Positions 53,639 through 64,000 of a stretch of DNA of 64,000 bases are shown here, one piece after another. Each line of letters starts with the position of its first letter. Within the stretch, counting starts at the first letter, position 1. The DNA lies in assembly GCA_036386875.1 (NCBI GenBank), contig DASVUV010000058.1, positions 9,873-73,872 on the forward strand, written 5' to 3'. The notes under the pieces were generated by a model. That model did no database searches and was not told the origin of the DNA. It was given only the letters and a program-made list of their open reading frames with translations. The stretch is from Allosphingosinicella sp. GTDB taxonomy: Bacteria > Pseudomonadota > Alphaproteobacteria > Sphingomonadales > Sphingomonadaceae. The position numbers and the translations under genes were made by a program.

Positions 53639-54136
53639 ATGAAGCGGTTCAATCGGACCTTGCCCCTGCTGAGCGGCCTCGCGCTCGCCGGAGCGGCGGC
53701 CGGCGTGTTGCTCGGCAATTCGGCGCTTGGGGAGATCAACCCCCACCTCTTCGCCCGCGCGCCAGACCGCTTCCACGCCGATCTGACACCGCAGCGGCCG
53801 GACTGGAGCGTCTCGCAGGCTGCTTCCCTGACCGCGCCAACGGCAGCCGATGGCCTCGGCAGCGGCTGCTTCGGCTGCGGCGGCGCCCGGTCGGAATATT
53901 ATGCCGCCCCTGCGATCGTCACCTACACGGACAGTTGGACCGCCGAAGCGGAACGCGCTGCTGCTCCGGCGGAAGAAGCCTATGTGCAGGAATCCGCGCC
54001 CGATCCGGAGCGTGAGCGGGTGATCCGCTACTCGAGCTACCAGGTCGATGCTTCAGAGACGCCGGCCGAGCCGCAGCCCGCCGAAGCTGAACCGGTGGCC
54101 CAAGAGGCTCCCCCCGGAGACGTCACGGCCTTGTAG
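53639..54136 (+). CDS. Hypothetical membrane-anchored protein (CxxC, acidic tail)
   Basis: N-terminal TM segment; GCFGCG; Pro/Glu-rich C-terminus. Confidence 0.65.
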   Translation: MKRFNRTLPLLSGLALAGAAAGVLLGNSALGEINPHLFARAPDRFHADLTPQRPDWSVSQAASLTAPTAADGLGSGCFGCGGARSEYYAAPAIVTYTDSWTAEAERAAAPAEEAYVQESAPDPERERVIRYSSYQVDASETPAEPQPAEAEPVAQEAPPGDVTAL

Positions 54137-54188
54137 GCGAACCAAGCACCGCTTGCCCGCCTGAGCGCCCTCCCTTACATCGCGGCGC

Positions 54189-56843
<2,655 letters not shown>

Positions 56844-56892
56844 CCGGCACCTGTTTCCAGGAACCCGGCTTTATTCGTCTCAAGCGGATGCT

Positions 56893-56969
56893 CCGTTCGT
56901 CTCGAGCGAAGTCGAGAGACGCTGCCGCACGTTTGCGGTGCGTCTCTCGACTACGCTCGAGATGAACGG
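56893..56969. repeat. Family D palindromic repeat
   Basis: CCGTTCGTCTCGAGCGAAGTCGAGAGAC...GTCTCTCGACTACGCTCGAGATGAACGG. Confidence 0.85.
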
Positions 56970-58237
56970 TTGTGGGCGACTTGCCCAAGATGCCGAATGC
57001 TGGCCTCCCGAACGGGAGTGGGCGCCGGTCCAAACACGCTCATGCCGCCATATTCGTGGCTTCGCGCTCGTTCCCCGGCAAGGTGCGCCTCGAGCGACGG
57101 TCCGCTCGCATGCCGCTCCAGCTTTCTTGCCTGCTCGTCCAAACGCCGGATTGCTGCGAGCATTTCGTCATTGCCGAGGCTGGCCTGCTCAACCGCGCTC
57201 TTCAGGACCCCGATCGTCTTGTCGTAAACCTTGAGCGGCACGGGGAAGGGGTGCCCGTCCTTGCCGCCGTGAGCGAGGGAGTGGCGGGCCGGATCGGCGA
57301 AGCGGCAGGGGGCGCCATGGATCACTTCGGCGACCATGGCGAGGGAGCGCACGGTGCGGGCGCCGACGCCGGGGACCAGGAGCAGTTCGGGGAAGTCCTT
57401 GGGACCAGCCTCGGCGGCGGCGGCGAGGGTGCCGTGGAGGCGGCGGAGGATGACGTCGCTGCCGCGCACGTCGTGGTGATCGGGGAGGACCAGGTGGGGG
57501 AGGAGGGGCGAGGCCGAGAGCTCCGGGCCGCGCTCCACGGCGGCGGCTTCGCGGGCGAGCTTGTCGGGACCCAGTTCGCGCAGCAGCTCAAGCTGGGCAT
57601 TGCGCGAGGGGGCGGCGCGGCGGTCGGTGAGGTTGAGGATGTCGCTTTGACGGCGGCCTTCGATGGCGCTGTGCGGCGCATCGACGAAGCTTTCCAGCCC
57701 TTCGGACAGCCAATGGTAGCGCCGCGCGGTGCGGCTGTTGCCGTTCATGCCTTGCTGGATCACCGCCCATTTGCCGTCGTCGGCGACGATGAAGCCGTGG
57801 AGGTAGAGATCGAAGCCGTCCTGAACCGCGGCGCTGTCCACCTTGGCGACCAGCCGGCTTGCCTGGGCGAGCGCGCCGCCATCGAAGCCGGCGCGTGCCC
57901 CGACGTCGGCCAGCTCGACCGGCGTCTTGCGCGACTGCTTGCCGCGGCCTCCGCAGACGTGGAGGCCGAGCTCGCCGGCTATCGGGTTCAGCCCGCGCTT
58001 CAGGGCGCCGATCACGCTTGTGGTGATCCCGGAGGAGTGCCAGTCCATCCCCATCACCGCGCCGAAGGATTGGAACCAGAACGGGTGGGCGAGGCGGCGG
58101 AGAAGCTCGTCGCGGCCATAATGGTGGACGATGGCCTGGCTCATCACGGTGCCCAGCCGAGTCATCCGTTCGCCGAGCCAGGTGGGCACGCGGCCGCCGT
58201 GGAGCGGTAGGTCGGCGCTGCCGGATCGTTTCGCCAC
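56951..58237 (-). CDS. DUF763-domain protein
   Basis: RSGSADLPLHGGRVP, MGMDWHSSGITT, HGGKDGHPFPV; HhH-like LLVPGVGARTVRSL; GTG start at 58237. Confidence 0.88.
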   Translation of the reverse strand: MAKRSGSADLPLHGGRVPTWLGERMTRLGTVMSQAIVHHYGRDELLRRLAHPFWFQSFGAVMGMDWHSSGITTSVIGALKRGLNPIAGELGLHVCGGRGKQSRKTPVELADVGARAGFDGGALAQASRLVAKVDSAAVQDGFDLYLHGFIVADDGKWAVIQQGMNGNSRTARRYHWLSEGLESFVDAPHSAIEGRRQSDILNLTDRRAAPSRNAQLELLRELGPDKLAREAAAVERGPELSASPLLPHLVLPDHHDVRGSDVILRRLHGTLAAAAEAGPKDFPELLLVPGVGARTVRSLAMVAEVIHGAPCRFADPARHSLAHGGKDGHPFPVPLKVYDKTIGVLKSAVEQASLGNDEMLAAIRRLDEQARKLERHASGPSLEAHLAGERARSHEYGGMSVFGPAPTPVREASIRHLGQVAHNRSSRA

Positions 58238-58254
58238 TTGCCTCATCCTCACGC

Positions 58255-58269
58255 GAACAGAGGAGGAAC
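58255..58269 (-). promoter_or_regulatory. LexA box upstream of the DUF763 gene
   Basis: GAAC-AGAGGAG-GAAC, 17 bp from the start codon. Confidence 0.7.
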
Positions 58270-58304
58270 GTTAGCAGCGGCGGAGTGCGTCCGCCAGAGC
58301 CAAG

Positions 58305-60083
58305 CTACTGGACGCGCGCCGAATCCCTAAGGCGGCGGCGCTTGAGCGGCGGCTCCGCATCCATTTCGCCAAGCTCCATGATCTCCTTGCGAAGCTCGGC
58401 GCGCTTTTCGTGAATGGAGGCGATCACCGGGCCCATGGCGATGCCGAGATCGACCAGCACCGCCTCGGAGAGCTGGAGGGACGATTCGAGCGTTTCGGGC
58501 ACCGCGTCCGTGACTCCGGCGCGGTATAGCTCGGCGGCGTGGGTGGCGTCGCGGGCGCGGGCGACGATGGTCAGGCCCGGGCACCAGCTGCGCACCTTCT
58601 TGGTCAGGCGGACGGTGAGCACCGGGTCGTCCATGGTGAGGACCAGGGCGGCGGCGTGGCCGAGATTGAGGCGGTCGACCATCTCGTGGCGGGCCACGTC
58701 GCCGAAGACGATGGGAACGCCCTCGCGCCGGCAGGTGGCGACGGTGTCGACGCTGGAATCCACCGCTACATAGTCGCGGCCGTGGGTGGTGAGCATTTCG
58801 GCGACCAGGCGGCCGACTCGGCCGAAGCCGATGATCACCACCTTCTGGGTATCGCCGTCGACCTTGATCTCGCCGTCGGCCTGCACGTCCACGCGGCGCG
58901 CGGCGTCCCGGCCGAGGCGGGCGAGAAGCGGGGTGAGGGTGAGGCCAAGCGCGGTGACGATGGTCCAGAAGGCGGCGGTCTCGGCCGAGATCAGCCCGGC
59001 CGTCGCGGCGGTGCCGAGGACGATCAGGGTGGTCTCGGATGGCGATGCCATGAGCAGGCCGGTCTCGGCGGCGACGCTCTTGCGGGCGCCGGACATGCGG
59101 AGCAGGCCGAAGGTGACCGCCGCCTTGACCAGCACCACCGCGAGGAGCGCGAGCAGGATACGCTGCCAGTCGCCGGCGATGGCGCCGAGGTTCAGGCTCA
59201 TGCCGACGGTGATCAGGAACACGCCGAGCGCGAGGCCGCGGAAAGGGGCGGTGATCACTTCCACTTCGCTGGAATAATCGGTCTCGGCGATCAGGATTCC
59301 GGCAATGATCGCGCCGACGATCGGAGACAGGCCGGCGGCGGTGGTGGCGAGGCTTGCGGCGATGACCACGAGCAGGCTCGCGGACAGGAACAGCTCGGGG
59401 CTTTTGGTCCGTGCCGCCTGCGCGAACAGGCGGGGGAGGAGAAAGCGGCCGAGGACCAGCATGCCGGCGATCACGGCGGCGCCGATCAGCAGGGTGCTGC
59501 CGATTGCTCCCCATCCGCCCTCGTTGCCGTGCGGGGCAAGCGCGCCGAGCAGGAAGATGATCGGCACGATCGCCAGATCCTCGAACAACAGCATGCCGAA
59601 GGCGGAGCGGCCGACCGGGCTGGTGGTGCCGACGAGTGGGAGGACCAGAGCGGTGGAGGAAAGGGCCAGGGCAAGGCCGAGCGCCGCCGCGCCAGCGGGC
59701 CCCTCGCCGATCAGCCGGAGGGACAGGCCGATGATCAAGGCGGACCCGAGCAGCTCCGCGGCGCCGAGCCCGAACACGAGACGGCGCATGTTCCAGAGGC
59801 GGCGGAATGAGAGGTGGAGACCGATTGCGAATAGGAGGAGGATGATCCCGAACTCGGCGAACGGCTCGATCCCGTGGGGATTGGAGATGGTGACGTAGCC
59901 GAGCCAGGGCGCGCGGGCGACCAGGCTGCCAAGTCCGGATGGGCCGACCAGCACGCCCACCAGGATGAAGCCGATCACCGGGCTTACCCGGAAGCGGGCG
60001 AACGCTGGGATCACGATCCCGGCCGCGCCGAGGATGACGAGGGCGTCGCTGAGTGCGGAGTGAGTTTCGAAACCGGGGGCCAT
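58305..60083 (-). CDS. CPA2/KefB-C-like cation:proton antiporter with TrkA-N domain
   Basis: AEFGIILLLFAIGL, ALSSTA, IIGFGRVG, VFGD. Confidence 0.92.
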   Translation of the reverse strand: MAPGFETHSALSDALVILGAAGIVIPAFARFRVSPVIGFILVGVLVGPSGLGSLVARAPWLGYVTISNPHGIEPFAEFGIILLLFAIGLHLSFRRLWNMRRLVFGLGAAELLGSALIIGLSLRLIGEGPAGAAALGLALALSSTALVLPLVGTTSPVGRSAFGMLLFEDLAIVPIIFLLGALAPHGNEGGWGAIGSTLLIGAAVIAGMLVLGRFLLPRLFAQAARTKSPELFLSASLLVVIAASLATTAAGLSPIVGAIIAGILIAETDYSSEVEVITAPFRGLALGVFLITVGMSLNLGAIAGDWQRILLALLAVVLVKAAVTFGLLRMSGARKSVAAETGLLMASPSETTLIVLGTAATAGLISAETAAFWTIVTALGLTLTPLLARLGRDAARRVDVQADGEIKVDGDTQKVVIIGFGRVGRLVAEMLTTHGRDYVAVDSSVDTVATCRREGVPIVFGDVARHEMVDRLNLGHAAALVLTMDDPVLTVRLTKKVRSWCPGLTIVARARDATHAAELYRAGVTDAVPETLESSLQLSEAVLVDLGIAMGPVIASIHEKRAELRKEIMELGEMDAEPPLKRRRLRDSARVQ

Positions 60084-60206
60084 GCTTGCCTTATGCCGGT
60101 TTCGAGCGGAATGTCAGCGGCCATGGGGGAGAAAAGGGACGTAATCGTTGCCGGCCGCGCCGGGTCAACGGCGCAGTAGCGGATCGATGGGGCCGTCTCC
60201 CAAAGC

Positions 60207-60236
60207 AAAACGGGAGAGGTGAGGACACCTCTCCCG
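60207..60236 (-). terminator. Rho-independent terminator after icd
   Basis: CGGGAGAGGT-GAGGAC-ACCTCTCCCG with TTTT on the minus strand. Confidence 0.7.
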
Positions 60237-60270
60237 CTTCATCTGCTCAGGGGGCTGTGCTCGTCCGCCT

Positions 60271-61494
60271 TCAGGCGGCGCTGACGCCCATTTTCTTTTC
60301 GAGGTTGGAGCGGATCGCCTCGAAGAACTGCTCGGTGGTCATCCAGCCCTGCTCGGGGCCGATGAGCAGCGCGAGGTCCTTGGTCATTTGGCCGCTCTCC
60401 ACCGTTTCGATGCAGACCTGCTCCAGCGTTTCGGCGAACTGCGTCACCTCGGGCGTGTTGTCGAACTTCCCGCGGTACTTGAGGCCGCCCGTCCAGGCGA
60501 AGATCGAGGCGAGCGGGTTGGTGGACGTTGCCTTGCCCTGCTGGTGCATGCGGTAGTGGCGGGTGACGGTGCCGTGGGCGGCTTCGGCCTCCACCGTCTT
60601 GCCGTCTGGCGTCATCAGGATGGAGGTCATCAGGCCGAGGCTGCCGAAGCCCTGGGCGACCATGTCCGACTGCACGTCGCCGTCGTAATTCTTGCAGGCC
60701 CAGACGAACTTGCCGCTCCACTTCAGGGCGGAGGCGACCAGATCGTCGATCAGGCGATGCTCATAGACGGTGCCAGCCTCGTCGAACTGCGCCTTGAATT
60801 CGCTTTCGAAAATCTCCTGGAAGATGTCCTTGAAGCGCCCGTCATAGGCTTTCAGGATGGTGTTCTTGGTGGAGAGATACACCGGCCAGCCGCGGCCCAG
60901 GCCGAAGGTGAAGCAGGCGCGGGCGAACTCGCGGATCGATTCGTCGAGATTGTACATGCCCATCGCGACGCCCGAGGCCGGGTAGTCGAACACCTCGTGC
61001 TCGATGACCTGGCCGTCCGTGCCTTCCCACTTCATGGTCAGCTTGCCGGGGCCGGGAACCAGGAAGTCGGTGGCCTTATACTGGTCGCCGAAGGCGTGGC
61101 GGCCGACGACGATCGGGTCGGTCCAGCCCGGAATTAGCCGGGGCACATTCTGGATCACGATGGGCTCGCGGAAAACGACGCCGCCCAGGATGTTGCGGAT
61201 CGTGCCGTTAGGCGATTTCCACATCTTCTTGAGGCCGAATTCCTCTACGCGGGCTTCGTCGGGGGTGATGGTGGCGCATTTGACGCCGACGCCGTGCTTT
61301 TTGATCGCCTCGGCAGATTCGACCGTCACCTTGTCGTCGGTGGCGTCGCGATTCTCCATGCCAAGATCGAAGTAGAGCAGCTCCACGTCGAGATAGGGCA
61401 GGATCAGCCGCTCGCGGATCCATTGCCAGATGATGCGGGTCATCTCGTCGCCGTCGAGCTCGACGACCGGGTTCTTCACTTTGATCTTGGGCAT
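60271..61494 (-). CDS. icd: NADP-dependent isocitrate dehydrogenase
   Basis: [37 protein letters not shown]. Confidence 0.98.
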   Translation of the reverse strand: MPKIKVKNPVVELDGDEMTRIIWQWIRERLILPYLDVELLYFDLGMENRDATDDKVTVESAEAIKKHGVGVKCATITPDEARVEEFGLKKMWKSPNGTIRNILGGVVFREPIVIQNVPRLIPGWTDPIVVGRHAFGDQYKATDFLVPGPGKLTMKWEGTDGQVIEHEVFDYPASGVAMGMYNLDESIREFARACFTFGLGRGWPVYLSTKNTILKAYDGRFKDIFQEIFESEFKAQFDEAGTVYEHRLIDDLVASALKWSGKFVWACKNYDGDVQSDMVAQGFGSLGLMTSILMTPDGKTVEAEAAHGTVTRHYRMHQQGKATSTNPLASIFAWTGGLKYRGKFDNTPEVTQFAETLEQVCIETVESGQMTKDLALLIGPEQGWMTTEQFFEAIRSNLEKKMGVSAA

Positions 61495-61595
61495 GGGACG
61501 CGCGCTTCCTCGTCTCGTGGTCAGTGGCTGGCGCGGCGTGTAGGCAATGGCGCGCCGGTTGTCACCACCGGCGCAGCCGCCTAAAGGCTTGGGGC

Positions 61596-62333
61596 ATGAC
61601 ATCACTCGAAAAGCCGGACCTCGTCACCACCAACGTCCGCTACCGCATGCCGAACGTGCACCCGGAAGGGCGCAAGTTCGTGGTCATCGCCGCGGCGATC
61701 GCCCTTGTCTTGTTCTGGCTGATCGACTGGGACGGCCTCGGCTGGATCATGGTCGGCATCACGCTTTGGGTCGCCGCTTTTTTCCGCGATCCGATCCGCA
61801 CCACGCCAAAGGGCGACGACCTGATCGTCGCGCCCGCCGACGGGCTGATCACCATGATCGTCAACGTGCCGCCACCGCCCGAGCTGGTCGGCGAGGACGG
61901 CCTGCCGCCGGGCCCCTGCACCCGGGTCTCGATTTTCATGAGCGTGTTCGACGTCCACATCAACCGCTCGCCGATTGCGGGCGAAGTGAAGAAGGTGGTC
62001 TACATCGCCGGCAAGTTCCTGAACGCCGACCTCGACAAGGCGAGCGAGGACAATGAGCGCAACCACTTCCTGATCGAGGGTCATGACGGCACCCGCATCG
62101 CCTTCACGCAGATCGCCGGCCTCGTGGCGCGGCGGATCGTGCCCTGGTCCAGGGTTGGCGACCGGGTAACGGCGGGCCAGCGCGTCGGCCTGATCCGCTT
62201 CGGCAGCCGGGTTGACGTCTACCTGCCCGAAGGCACCTCGTCGCAGGTGCTGCTCGGCCAGCGCACCATTGCCGGCGAGACGATCATCGCCAGGCTCGGC
62301 GTCGCGCAGGCGCTGGAGGGCGTCGCCCAGTGA
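61596..62333 (+). CDS. psd: Phosphatidylserine decarboxylase
   Basis: [28 protein letters not shown]. Confidence 0.95.
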   Translation: MTSLEKPDLVTTNVRYRMPNVHPEGRKFVVIAAAIALVLFWLIDWDGLGWIMVGITLWVAAFFRDPIRTTPKGDDLIVAPADGLITMIVNVPPPPELVGEDGLPPGPCTRVSIFMSVFDVHINRSPIAGEVKKVVYIAGKFLNADLDKASEDNERNHFLIEGHDGTRIAFTQIAGLVARRIVPWSRVGDRVTAGQRVGLIRFGSRVDVYLPEGTSSQVLLGQRTIAGETIIARLGVAQALEGVAQ

Positions 62334-63124
62334 TTCGGCCGGTGCGCGAGCGGCGCGGCATTCCGCTGCGCGCGGTCGTACCCAATGCCGTCACCGCTCT
62401 TGCGCTCTGCTCGGGCTTGTCGGGCGTGCGTTTCGCAATCGCAGAGGAATGGGAGAAAGCGGTTGCCGCGATCGCCATCGCGGCGGTGCTCGACGGTTTG
62501 GACGGGCGTATCGCCCGGATGCTCAAGGGCCAGAGCCGATTCGGCGCGGAACTCGATTCGCTGTCGGACGTGATCGCTTTTGGAGTCTCGCCGGCGATCA
62601 TTATGCATCTTTGGGTGCTGCAATATGTCCCGCGTTTCGGCTGGCTGTTCGCCTTGGCCTATGCGGTGTGCGCGGCGCTTCGCCTCGCTCGCTTCAACGC
62701 AGCGATCGATGTCGAGGAGCAGCCGCACAAGTCGGCGGGCTTCCTGACCGGCGTTCCCGCGCCGGCCGGGGCAGGCATGATGCTTCTGCCCCTGTTGCTG
62801 TGGATCGCAAGCAACCGGAGCTGGAACTGGCTGCACGTTCCGCCGGCGATCGCTGCCTGGTCGGCCTTGTGCGCATTTCTGATGATTTCGAGCCTTGCGA
62901 CCTTTTCCTGGACGTCGATGCGCCTCAGGCGGAATGTCCGGTTCACGGCTATCGTGGTGATCGCTTTGGTGGCGGGCGCTTTGGTGTCGGCGCCGTGGGA
63001 AACGCTCAGCATCCTGACGATCGTCTATGCGGCGACGATCCCGTTCAGCATACTGGCTTATTCAAGGGTCAAGCGGCAACGCCGTGCGGTGCATAGTCCG
63101 GAGCCGTCCGCGCCTGCTGCGTAG
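62330..63124 (+). CDS. pssA: CDP-diacylglycerol--serine O-phosphatidyltransferase
   Basis: DGLDGRIAR...[10 protein letters not shown]; RLARFN. Confidence 0.92.
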   Translation: MIRPVRERRGIPLRAVVPNAVTALALCSGLSGVRFAIAEEWEKAVAAIAIAAVLDGLDGRIARMLKGQSRFGAELDSLSDVIAFGVSPAIIMHLWVLQYVPRFGWLFALAYAVCAALRLARFNAAIDVEEQPHKSAGFLTGVPAPAGAGMMLLPLLLWIASNRSWNWLHVPPAIAAWSALCAFLMISSLATFSWTSMRLRRNVRFTAIVVIALVAGALVSAPWETLSILTIVYAATIPFSILAYSRVKRQRRAVHSPEPSAPAA

Positions 63125-63254
63125 CGGCCATCCCGAGTTCGCCGCGAAGCGCGAGCAAGATCTTGGTCCAGTAGGTGCGAACCGTCATGTGAATGGCAAC
63201 GGTCGCCGCCAGCAGCATGAGCGTGAAGAAAATCGCGGCAGCCAGATGAGTCAC
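63069..63254 (-). CDS. 61-aa single-TM protein, putatively SOS-induced
   Basis: GTG start with AAGGGG RBS; hydrophobic N-terminal helix; dedicated promoter upstream. Confidence 0.6.
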   Translation of the reverse strand: MTHLAAAIFFTLMLLAATVAIHMTVRTYWTKILLALRGELGMAATQQARTAPDYAPHGVAA

Positions 63255-63326
63255 AGGCTTATCCCCTTATTTATCCACACCTAAACGATCGATGTGGGAG
63301 TTTGATCCATAGCAACTTGAAATAGC

Positions 63327-63355
63327 AGTATGTTCACCCTTCGTTCCGATGTCAA
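63327..63355 (-). promoter_or_regulatory. Sigma70 promoter TTGACA-N17-CATACT overlapped by a LexA box
   Basis: -35 at 63350-63355, -10 at 63327-63332; GTTC-ACCCTTC-GTTC at 63332-63346. Confidence 0.8.
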
Positions 63356-63534
63356 GCAGCTTTCGTTTCGCCACCGGCCCGAGTGATCCAGCTGGCTATT
63401 CGCAGCGTCTTACGCCGCAAACTGGCGCCCCGATGAGCCAGCCCGATGTCGCTGAAGCCGGAATAGTGTTTCAGTTGTTGCGGCGAGGGCAGGCACCTTA
63501 GGCATTCTGCGAGGCGTTCCGTTCGCCGGGAGCC

Positions 63535-63658
63535 TTGATTTCCTCCGCGCCGGCCGCTAAATGCGCGCCCATTCCACATGCAGGGCCATCATAACCGGTG
63601 GCTGGGTCTTACCCAGTCTCTCGGCGCTGCAGAGGTATAACCGGAAGGAGACTACAAC
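63535..63658 (+). promoter_or_regulatory. rpsB promoter and 5' leader
   Basis: TTGATT-N17-TAAATG; ~90-nt leader with CCGGT..ACCGG pairing; AAGGAG RBS. Confidence 0.55.
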
Positions 63659-64000
63659 ATGGCGTCAACTGACGTTTCCATGCAGCAATTGCTTGAGGCC
63701 GGCGCACATTTCGGCCACCAGACTCACCGCTGGAACCCGAAAATGAAGCCGTATATTTTCGGCGATCGTAACGGCGTTCACATCATCGACCTGTCGCAAA
63801 CCGTGCCGCTGTTCGCGCGCGCCCTCGACTTCGTTCGCGGCAGCGTTGCCTCGGGCGGCAAGGTGCTGTTCGTCGGCACCAAGCGCCAGGCGCAGGACCC
63901 GATCGCCGAAGCCGCTCGCCGTTCGGGCCAGCATTTCGTCAACCACCGCTGGCTGGGCGGCATGCTCACCAACTGGAAGACGATTTCGGGTTCGATCAAG
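63659..64000 (+). CDS. rpsB: 30S ribosomal protein S2 (partial, runs off the window)
   Basis: [37 protein letters not shown]. Confidence 0.97.
   Translation, partial: MASTDVSMQQLLEAGAHFGHQTHRWNPKMKPYIFGDRNGVHIIDLSQTVPLFARALDFVRGSVASGGKVLFVGTKRQAQDPIAEAARRSGQHFVNHRWLGGMLTNWKTISGSIK

Noticed and set aside
63352-63579. 75-aa minus ORF or sRNA between the SOS promoter and rpsB
   Set aside because: No RBS or recognisable motif; overlaps the rpsB promoter.

Overview
High-GC alphaproteobacterial chromosomal segment, most likely Sphingomonadaceae judging by gene content and synteny. It is mostly core genome: guaB, rsmA-pdxA-surA-lptD, pepA-holC, ndk, purMN, hda-ppk1-ppx, rnd, aspS, ppk2, greB, slt, dapA, smpB, cckA, recA, alaS, icd, psd-pssA and rpsB. 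The left end holds the start of a gene-transfer-agent (GTA)-like packaging operon (small and large terminase); the large terminase runs off the window and is missing from the ORF track. Structure not explained by the gene list: (1) a 1.5-kb array of small ORFs separated by directly oriented 30-bp sites with a 12-6-12 recombination-site-like architecture; (2) a 36-37-bp palindromic mini-element found five times, always inside other palindromic repeats and showing compensatory base changes; (3) at least four families of intergenic palindromic repeats, one copy inserted in frame in the large terminase; (4) LexA boxes upstream of four genes (recA, the GTA terminase operon, a DUF763 gene and a 61-aa membrane protein); (5) an atypical-codon patch with an insertion inside aspS. 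No rRNA, tRNA, CRISPR array, transposase or integrase was recognised. Family assignments come from motif recognition, not database searches.
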